NCBI GenBank assembly: GCA_029259115.1
Contig: JAPDJO010000012.1
Coordinates: 1 to 41,141, forward strand
Source of the DNA: Thermoplasmatota archaeon
GTDB taxonomy: Archaea; Thermoplasmatota; E2; DHVEG-1; B18-G2
Reading direction: 5' to 3'
DNA: 41,141 nucleotides
The position numbers and the translations under genes are program-made. Of the stretch, positions 1-6,402 are shown piece by piece. The notes under the pieces were generated by a model. It was not told where the DNA came from, did not search any database, and was given only the letters and a program-made list of their open reading frames with translations. Each line of letters opens with the position of its first letter. Position 1 is the stretch's first letter.

Positions 1-186
1 TGGAATGCAAGCATCAGAGGTTTGGGGAGAGGAATGCAATAGAACAGTGGTATGGTTTATTGAAATCCAAGTTGAAATCGTTCTGGAAGAGATTTCCATA
101 CCACAGTTCTTTACAATCAGTAAAGAGTTGGATTGTAGCCTGGTGTGCGATCTACAATCTGGAGGTGAGAAATTGTTGACAGTCTC
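1..186 (+). mobile_element. Right end of an IS6-family insertion sequence (cut by the window start)
   Basis: A transposase-like C-terminus in frame +3 is followed immediately by TTGACAGTCTC (176-186). Its reverse complement GAGACTGTCAA resembles IS6-family terminal inverted repeats (GGCACTGT...). Confidence 0.75.
3..179 (+). CDS. IS6-family DDE transposase, C-terminal 58 aa (partial; not in ORF track)
   Basis: Hand translation: ECKHQRFGERNAIEQWYGLLKSKLKSFWKRFPYHSSLQSVKSWIVAWCAIYNLEVRNC*. FGERNAIE..W...LK...K.F...FP...YN is the pattern around the catalytic Glu of archaeal IS6 transposases. Confidence 0.8.
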   Translation, partial: ECKHQRFGERNAIEQWYGLLKSKLKSFWKRFPYHSSLQSVKSWIVAWCAIYNLEVRNC

Positions 187-898
187 CAAAGAACATATCA
201 TAATCTTTATTTATAGCATAGTATGTAATTTTGGAGAACTCCATGTATCTTCTTAGTTGTCTAACTTTATCGAGTAGTTTCTTGTTGACCCTATCTTCAG
301 AGATTTTTTCCCATACCTCTCTCTCATCGACATGCTCTATATCTTCTATATAGGTGGTGAATCGAACTATTCTCTTACGAATTTCGAGGTTTAATATGAT
401 GGGATTACAATTATCGCATAAGATTTCGAATGATAATGGGGAGGACAATCTAAAGATATACTTTATACGAAAACTATATGCAGAAAGATATAATCTTTTT
501 CCACAAAAAGGACAAATCCTTATTATGTCTTTATTTAATGTACGAATTAATGGATCAAACGCCCGTAGGATAAATTGACTTGAGAAGAATCTACGAAACG
601 TGACTATTTTCCGATAACCAAGAAATCTCAGCAGAAATGAATTAATAACACGACCTAAACCAAGAATCACTACCATAATCATAAGTATGATTGAGAAGAT
701 AAAAGTTGATACATTGACCCCGTCACCTTTTGACCAGATAATGATAGTAGTAAAAGTAGCAGCAATGCCCAGAACAATTAATAACCATGCTAAGAATATA
801 CAGAAGAGCCTAAATATAGATTTTCTGTACGCTTTTCCCAATTCTATCAGCTGTGGTTCCGAAAGATCAACCTCTAAAATCTTTGGCAATTTTTTCAT
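152..898 (-). pseudogene. Membrane protein (2 TM segments plus CxxC..CxxC putative Zn ribbon), 3' end probably truncated by the IS6 insertion
   Basis: Two hydrophobic stretches, then CPFC...CDNC. The last ~11 codons and the stop (152-186) lie inside the IS end. Confidence 0.6.
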
Positions 899-899
899 T

Positions 900-942
900 C
901 TACAAAAATGAATTTATCGCTCGAGTGATAAATTTTTTGTAG
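900..942. promoter_or_regulatory. 43-bp imperfect palindrome in the divergent promoter region
   Basis: CTACAAAA-ATG-AATTTATCGC-TCGA-GTGATAAATT-TTTTGTAG: 24-bp core (911-934) with one mismatch, plus 8-bp outer arms. Confidence 0.55.
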
Positions 943-967
943 TGTGATATTATCATGTCTAAATCAC

Positions 968-1055
968 GCCGAGGTAGCAAAGTCCGGCCCAATGCGCCGG
1001 CCTTGAGAGCCGGTGGTGCTTTCGCACCGCGGGAGTTCAAATCTCCCCCTCGGCG
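968..1055 (+). tRNA. tRNA-Ser (anticodon UGA)
   Basis: Acceptor GCCGAGG/CCTCGGC, discriminator G; anticodon stem CCGGC/GCCGG with loop CT-TGA-GA (TGA 1004-1006); long variable arm; T-loop TTCAAAT; CCA not encoded. Confidence 0.95.
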
Positions 1056-1069
1056 TAATTATAATTACG
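1054..1069. repeat. Perfect 16-bp palindrome at the tRNA-Ser 3' end
   Basis: CGTAATTATAATTACG equals its own reverse complement. Confidence 0.6.
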
Positions 1070-1107
1070 TCTATGAAAAATGCTTTTAAGTCACCAAATA
1101 TCCAAAA

Positions 1108-1716
1108 CTACTCAAGGAAAACTATATCTGATGAACATGAAAAGGGTATGTAAAGATCTATTACCTTGGTTATTCCACTTGGTGGTATTATACAGATCTT
1201 TATGGAGTCTTCAGCGCGGATATGGATGTGGGGTGGTAATTCTATCGCTATAAAGAATTTATCCCTCTGATTTACTACACCATTTTCAAGTATTGACTTA
1301 TCTTTATCCACAATAACAATTAAACCAAAACCAGATTCTTTCCACACCCGACCCTCGAATAGAGAGCCGCCACTATGTAAAATAGCACATCCACTATAGC
1401 CCATTAACATTAGATCTTTACCATTGTCTATTCCTATTTTCACATCAGACATGTTTAGTCTACCATCAAAAAGCAGTTTTGCCAGAATCAGTATCCTATC
1501 TATTTCTCTCTTTTCTCCTATACCGCTGTACCTTCCTATTACATCTTCTATTTTAATGTAGGTTATGACGTCCTGTAGGACGTTATCAAGTAGCTTTTCT
1601 GCGTCATCATCGATATATCCGGAAGTGTCGAAGTAGATGGTAGATGCACCACTAGCTATCAGTATAGCAGCAAGAATGGGTATTCCTATTGCCTGTACAC
1701 TACCAATATTATTCGT
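1108..1716 (-). CDS. Archaellin-like (ArlB/FlaB-like) protein, ~202 aa, with ACG at the expected start position
   Basis: The frame of ORF 1108..1452 stays open to 1725 and adds (T/M)NNIGSVQAIGIPILAAILIASGASTIYFDTSGYIDDDAEKLLDNVLQDVITYIKIEDVIGRY..., a pilin-like N-terminal hydrophobic helix. The C-terminus DKDKSILENGVVNQRD...IIPPSG...IP....DIVFLE resembles archaellin C-termini. SD-like GAGGTGG lies 4 nt before ACG (1716-1714). Confidence 0.65.
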   Translation of the reverse strand, partial: TNNIGSVQAIGIPILAAILIASGASTIYFDTSGYIDDDAEKLLDNVLQDVITYIKIEDVIGRYSGIGEKREIDRILILAKLLFDGRLNMSDVKIGIDNGKDLMLMGYSGCAILHSGGSLFEGRVWKESGFGLIVIVDKDKSILENGVVNQRDKFFIAIELPPHIHIRAEDSIKICIIPPSGITKVIDLYIPFSCSSDIVFLE

Positions 1717-1731
1717 TTCACCACCTCATTT

Positions 1732-1751
1732 GCATTGCATTTATGCAATGC
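1732..1751. promoter_or_regulatory. Putative operator 1: perfect inverted repeat GCATTGCAT-TT-ATGCAATGC
   Basis: Perfect 9-bp arms with a 2-nt spacer, located between the TATA box (TTATATATAA 1775-1784) and the SD of the archaellin-like gene. Confidence 0.7.
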
Positions 1752-1796
1752 TATATAATACTTTGTAACTCATATTATATATAATTTTCCAATTTC

Positions 1797-1816
1797 GCAA
1801 TTCATTTATGCAATGC
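1797..1816. promoter_or_regulatory. Putative operator 2: GCAATTCAT-TT-ATGCAATGC
   Basis: 18/20 identical to operator 1, 65 bp away, upstream of both divergent BRE/TATA elements. Confidence 0.65.
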
Positions 1817-1860
1817 ACAATACAGATAAATATAGTTAAGCAATTACATTTCTTGATAGC

Positions 1861-2406
1861 ATGAAAATAGACTATCATAGAGAATTAGAAAAGGTCCTTG
1901 AAATAATCAGGAAACATCCAAAAGGTTGCACGATAAGGGAGATATCAGAAGAACTCGGTATAAATAGAAATGCCGTCGCTAAGTACTTAGATGTCCTGCA
2001 TGTTGCTGGACAGGTTGAGATGAGAAGGATAGGGCCAGCAAAGGTATATTTTCCATCAAAATCTGTACCCATATCTATGTTGTTTGACTTTTCAGAAGAA
2101 TTTATAGTAATTGTAGATGAGGGTTTTGTAACGATAGAGGCAAATATGCCTTTTTTAAGATATATTAATGTGACAGATAAGAGAGAAGTGATAGGAAAAC
2201 CGATCACAGAGTTACCTATAGTTGGTTCCTTTCCTAGAATGATGGAGAATATAAGAAAAGCATTAGAGTACCATCAGATTTTAGAAGACAAATTTGTTTA
2301 CGACAAGAATGACGGATCAAAGCCCGAAAAGTTTAGAGCAAAATTTATCCCAACTACATTCAATAATGGGGAAAAAGGTGTCGCTCTTCTGATTAAGAAG
2401 CTTTAA
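1861..2406 (+). CDS. Winged HTH transcriptional regulator with C-terminal PAS-like domain
   Basis: N-terminal HTH (GCTIREISEELGINRNAVAKYLDVL...GPAKVY), then a PAS-like pattern (FDFSEEFIVIVDEGFVTIEANMPF...EVIGKPITEL). Confidence 0.8.
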   Translation: MKIDYHRELEKVLEIIRKHPKGCTIREISEELGINRNAVAKYLDVLHVAGQVEMRRIGPAKVYFPSKSVPISMLFDFSEEFIVIVDEGFVTIEANMPFLRYINVTDKREVIGKPITELPIVGSFPRMMENIRKALEYHQILEDKFVYDKNDGSKPEKFRAKFIPTTFNNGEKGVALLIKKL

Positions 2407-2445
2407 AACAATAGTTTTTTGAAAGTTGGTGTATTTTTGTCTTCT

Positions 2446-3759
2446 ATGATCGAAATAAATCCGTGGAGTTCAAGGATTTACGAAGATTACGGTAAACTTA
2501 TGAAAGATTTCGGTATAGAGGAATTCAGAGAAGATCTATGGAGAGATTTACCCAACCCACACAAGTTAATAAGGAGAGGAATAGTGTTCGGACATAGAGA
2601 TTTTGGTAGAATAAAGAGGGCAATAGTCGAGAAGAAGAGATGGGCTATACTTACTGGTTTGATGCCCTCTGGAAAGATGCATCTAGGACATAAGATGGTG
2701 ATAGACCAAGTCAAGTACTACCAAGATATCGGTGCAGATATCTTCGTTGCGGTGGCAGATATCGAAGCCTATGCAACTAGAAATATTTCCCTGAAAGAAT
2801 CTGAAAAGATAGCTTTAGAAGAATATATACCGTATTACATAGCCTTGGGTTTAGATCCAGAGAGAAGCCAAGTATACTTTCAATCGAAAAGAAGCGAAGT
2901 AAAAGATTTAGCATACATCTTTGGAAGAAAAGTAAATTGGTCTCAGTTGATGGCAACATATGGATTCGATGGCTCTACAAATATGTCTCACGCTTTTGCT
3001 CCGTTGATTCAGGCTGGAGATATCTTGCATGTTCAGCTCGAAAAATTTGGTGGTGTAAGACCGACGTTAGTTCCTGTTGGTATAGATCAAGATCCTCATC
3101 TGAGACTCTGTAGAGACATATCAAGATCTTTCAGATTCTTTAATGTGGAGAAAACAAACGATGGAAGAGTAGGAATTTTCTTTAAATTGGATGTAGATGT
3201 TAAGAGACGTCTAGATTGTGTTGAAAATGTTTTGAGGAGTTTAGGGATAAACAAGATGAAGAGGATCGACAATTACAAAGCGATATATCTGGAAGAAAAT
3301 ATAGATATAGGAAAGTTGGATGAAGAGATTTCAAAGGTGGAAGTTAAAGAAGGAGGATATGGTTTTCTACAACCTTCATCGACATATCACAGGCTTATGA
3401 CAGGATTAGATGGAGAAAAAATGTCGTCATCTAGGCCACAAAGTGCAATATTTTTATCTGATGATGAGGAAACCGTGAGAAAAAAAGTATTTTCAGCAAA
3501 GACGGGAGGAAGGGTTAGTCTAGAAGAACAGAGAAAATATGGAGGAGAGCCTGAAAAGTGTATGATATACGAGCTATTTCTTTATCATTTGATAGAAAAT
3601 GAAGATGAACTCAAGGAGATATACAACAATTGCAAGAATGGCGAGCTTAAATGTGGAGATTGTAAAAAACTCGCTACCCAGATATTGAACAGTATGCTCA
3701 AAGAAATCAGGGAAAGGAAAGGATCAAAAGATGAGATAAAGAAGATTATTGCAAATTAA
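2446..3759 (+). CDS. trpS: Tryptophanyl-tRNA synthetase (archaeal type)
   Basis: INPWSS, TGLMPSGKMHLGH (HIGH), VPVGIDQDPHLRL, KMSSS, AKTGGR, CGDCK. ATG at 2446 preferred over TTG at 2419. Confidence 0.95.
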   Translation: MIEINPWSSRIYEDYGKLMKDFGIEEFREDLWRDLPNPHKLIRRGIVFGHRDFGRIKRAIVEKKRWAILTGLMPSGKMHLGHKMVIDQVKYYQDIGADIFVAVADIEAYATRNISLKESEKIALEEYIPYYIALGLDPERSQVYFQSKRSEVKDLAYIFGRKVNWSQLMATYGFDGSTNMSHAFAPLIQAGDILHVQLEKFGGVRPTLVPVGIDQDPHLRLCRDISRSFRFFNVEKTNDGRVGIFFKLDVDVKRRLDCVENVLRSLGINKMKRIDNYKAIYLEENIDIGKLDEEISKVEVKEGGYGFLQPSSTYHRLMTGLDGEKMSSSRPQSAIFLSDDEETVRKKVFSAKTGGRVSLEEQRKYGGEPEKCMIYELFLYHLIENEDELKEIYNNCKNGELKCGDCKKLATQILNSMLKEIRERKGSKDEIKKIIAN

Positions 3760-3806
3760 TGTATCAAAAATTTTATAAAATATAACGTATAATATACTAA
3801 GCTAGT

Positions 3807-4094
3807 ATGAGAATAGGGATGCTTATAGTTGGTTTGGTTCTATTCTCCTTTGGTGTAGCCATGCTCTTAGCATTTACCGTACTATCAGACTATATCATTA
3901 CCTTGTATCCCCTTTCAGGATACTTTGGGTTAGGGATAGTTCTGGTCAGTTTTGCTCTCCTCTACAAAGGTATATTCTCTATGCCTCCGTACAGATATGA
4001 AGTCGTAGCATCTGCATCCAGTAGTGAAGAGGAGGATCACGATCTTGATACTTTCGAGGAGTGGGAAAGCGGAGAGAGTGTGTTTTTCTCCTAG
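3807..4094 (+). CDS. Small membrane protein (2 TM helices, acidic tail)
   Basis: Two hydrophobic segments, then SSSEEEDHDLDTFEEWES; TATA-like TTTTATAAA upstream. Confidence 0.65.
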   Translation: MRIGMLIVGLVLFSFGVAMLLAFTVLSDYIITLYPLSGYFGLGIVLVSFALLYKGIFSMPPYRYEVVASASSSEEEDHDLDTFEEWESGESVFFS

Positions 4095-4406
4095 TTATCT
4101 TATTTCTTTCTTGAGATCTTTAAGGGTTGTCACCAAATCATCGAGTGTGGACTCTATTGTTCCAAGAGTTTCATGTATCTTTTCAGTGGTTATAGCACCA
4201 CTCCTAGAAGGTTCTATTAGACCTTCTTGTTCCAAGACTCTAAGCGAGTATCTCACGGCATGCTGCGGAAGGCCCGTCTTCTGGGATAGTTTTATTATTC
4301 CAATTGGTTCGTTCTCCATCACAGCTTTTAACACTTTAAGATGCCTCTCTAGAACTTTAACGTCAGATATTGTTCCATCAAGTAAGGGAGATCTTCTCCT
4401 TTCCAT
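4095..4406 (-). CDS. Conserved archaeal wHTH protein (COG3388-like predicted regulator)
   Basis: LERHLKVLKAVMENEPIGIIKLS...VRYSLRVLEQEGLIEPSRSGA. The ATG at 4406 is preceded by GGAGGTGG. Confidence 0.8.
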   Translation of the reverse strand: MERRRSPLLDGTISDVKVLERHLKVLKAVMENEPIGIIKLSQKTGLPQHAVRYSLRVLEQEGLIEPSRSGAITTEKIHETLGTIESTLDDLVTTLKDLKKEIR

Positions 4407-4545
4407 ACACCACCTCCATAATTGTAATAACATTTTTGGTATATAATGTTTATTGTTATCATGGGTCTAAGTGGTATGTAATCTTACAACTAGATAACAT
4501 TTGTACAATAACTCGTTTATAAGCGCTCCATCAAAAATAGGATTG

Positions 4546-4908
4546 ATGAGTGGTGTAATGAGATTATTATCCAAAGCTCTCAAAAATAAGTTTGAGATGT
4601 CTGATGATGATGCTAGAGCTTTAGCGAAAATTGTCAAGGACATATTTAATGGGAAAAAAGAAATCGAAGATTCCTCTATAGATAAATATGTAAGGGCCCT
4701 GTTCTATGAGCTTCAAAAGGAAAGACTTATCAAGGTGAGGAGAGAGGAGTACAAAGAAAAGAATAGACTACTGAGAAGGTATTACTGGTATCTAGATATG
4801 GATGCTATAAGAGAGGAAGCGAATAGAATAGTAGAAGAAGATCCTGGAAAGATTTACAAAATACTGCCAAAAAGGGTGTGGTTATCAAAGTCCAGATACG
4901 ATAGCTAA
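4546..4908 (+). CDS. Small wHTH protein (DUF6015-like; resembles the TFE-alpha winged helix)
   Basis: MSDDDARALA...VRALFYELQKERLIKVRREE...RRYYWYL...IYKILPKRVW. TATA TTTATAAG at 4516-4523 fits a leaderless start at 4546. Confidence 0.65.
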   Translation: MSGVMRLLSKALKNKFEMSDDDARALAKIVKDIFNGKKEIEDSSIDKYVRALFYELQKERLIKVRREEYKEKNRLLRRYYWYLDMDAIREEANRIVEEDPGKIYKILPKRVWLSKSRYDS

Positions 4909-5030
4909 GTATCGATCTCCGGAGGATCTAGGAAAACGTAATACATATAGAATTCTCTTATCACGTCCTTTCTAAATCTGCCGCTTATGCTTTCCTCAAG
5001 AAGAACTCTGAGTTTCTCTATGTTCTCCAT
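4905..5030 (-). CDS. Putative 41-aa small protein (not in ORF track)
   Basis: MENIEKLRVLLEESISGRFRKDVIREFYMYYVFLDPPEIDT*. SD GGTGA 6 nt before the ATG, TATA-like TTTAATA upstream; it fills the intergenic gap. Confidence 0.55.
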   Translation of the reverse strand: MENIEKLRVLLEESISGRFRKDVIREFYMYYVFLDPPEIDT

Positions 5031-5078
5031 GGAAAATCACCATAAATAGTGTTGATTTGTGGGTTATTAAATATTACT

Positions 5079-5666
5079 CTATTTTGCCAACTTTCTCTCA
5101 ATATTTTTCTTAAAAATATCTAGTTTCTTCTTCCCCTTTTCAAGCATGAGGTTTGCTAGCTCACGCATAATCTCTAAATATTCCTCACTCACCATAAGTT
5201 TACCATCCTTCCCGATTAAAACATCCATTCTCTCTGTGCTTCTCAGCTCAACAACTATCTTCCCCCTAAACGCTCTCATCCCCGAGTTTTTAAACCCACT
5301 AGAGAGTCCTATCTTTAAGATTCTTTCTGCACTATCCTGATCGCTGGCAACCACATGAATTATAGGAGGATGAACCATGAACATGATATATCCTTTGCTT
5401 GCTCCTTTGAGAGCTTCGTAAATATCTTCTTTGCTGATCTTTTCATGCCACTTCCCCAAAAATTTAGCTCCGGGTTTTGCTCCTGGATAGGGAACTTCTA
5501 TAATGACTATTCTTCCGCTACAACTACTAGTGGTAAAGAGATTCTTCTCCTTGTTGATGATCTCTAGTATCTCTATCATATCCTTATCCACCTTACTCTC
5601 TCTAATTGCCTTTTCTAGAGATCTTAATGCATTCTCTCTAAGTCTAAGAAATCTCTTGCTATCCAT
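5079..5666 (-). CDS. taw3: tRNA wyosine-derivative methyltransferase Taw3/TYW3
   Basis: TTSSCSGRI, KWH, PPIIHV, GFKNSG, VELRSTERMDV. Confidence 0.92.
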   Translation of the reverse strand: MDSKRFLRLRENALRSLEKAIRESKVDKDMIEILEIINKEKNLFTTSSCSGRIVIIEVPYPGAKPGAKFLGKWHEKISKEDIYEALKGASKGYIMFMVHPPIIHVVASDQDSAERILKIGLSSGFKNSGMRAFRGKIVVELRSTERMDVLIGKDGKLMVSEEYLEIMRELANLMLEKGKKKLDIFKKNIERKLAK

Positions 5667-6402
5667 ATCTCCTCAACTTCTTTATCTCGGGTAATTCTAG
5701 ATACCTGTCATTTTCAATTATACCTATAGCTTTGAATCTATCAATGTCAACTTTTCTCAAAATGGGAGAAATAAGTTCCTCTACAGGAAGAATATTGATA
5801 TCACTTCCCTCAGCAAAATAACTGGCGGCAGGCATGACTATAATTTTCTTGTCATCAAAATCACCATAGAGAAATATCTTCATCTTTTCCTTAATGCCCA
5901 GATCTGTGAAGAGTGCTACCGATGGATGCTCATGACCGAGTATTATAATTTTCTCTTTGATTTCATTCAGATTCTTCTCCCTGTGTCCATGAAGAAAGAA
6001 ATACGCGCCTTCCCTATATTCATCATAAATCTCTATACCAAACCTTCTGGTTATCCTGATTATAAACGTATCATGATTGCCTTTTACCATCAATATTTCA
6101 TTGAAGCATTTCTTGAGATATTCCAGTAATAAAGAAACTTCTCTGTATTCATGATAACTTGTTTCCGAAAACTCGTGCTTAATATCTCCAAGGATAAGAA
6201 TTCTAGATGCTTTACTTTTCTTCCTTCCATCCTCTATCATTCTTTTTATGTTATCAAATTGTGTCCTAGGAATAAATATACCGTGTTCTGCAGATACAAG
6301 CTCAAAACCGAGATGCAGATCAGATATAACCAAGAGATCTATATCCTCTATATGAATTAGGGGATGAGGCTCTATAGCAACTATATTATCGAATATTCTC
6401 AT
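5659..6402 (-). CDS. Calcineurin-like metallophosphoesterase (Lhr-associated type)
   Basis: DLHLG, GDIKH, GNHD, HGH, GHEHP motifs; overlaps the lhr stop. Confidence 0.9.
   Translation of the reverse strand: MRIFDNIVAIEPHPLIHIEDIDLLVISDLHLGFELVSAEHGIFIPRTQFDNIKRMIEDGRKKSKASRILILGDIKHEFSETSYHEYREVSLLLEYLKKCFNEILMVKGNHDTFIIRITRRFGIEIYDEYREGAYFFLHGHREKNLNEIKEKIIILGHEHPSVALFTDLGIKEKMKIFLYGDFDDKKIIVMPAASYFAEGSDINILPVEELISPILRKVDIDRFKAIGIIENDRYLELPEIKKLRRYG

Noticed and set aside
14-154. Possible TAG read-through (pyrrolysine) of gene 152..898, whose frame stays open ~45 codons past the stop
   Set aside because: That stretch is the antisense strand of the IS transposase, and there are no pyl genes in the window.
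5-256. ORF-track 83-aa ORF on the + strand
   Set aside because: Wrong frame; frame +3 (3..179) carries the recognisable transposase C-terminus.
1686-1721. GTG start at 1721 (MKRIILVVYRQ*) plus a frameshift as the archaellin-like start
   Set aside because: The GTG directly abuts the SD and no slippery run is present. ACG at 1716 fits the SD spacing and is in frame, though a 1-nt indel cannot be fully excluded.
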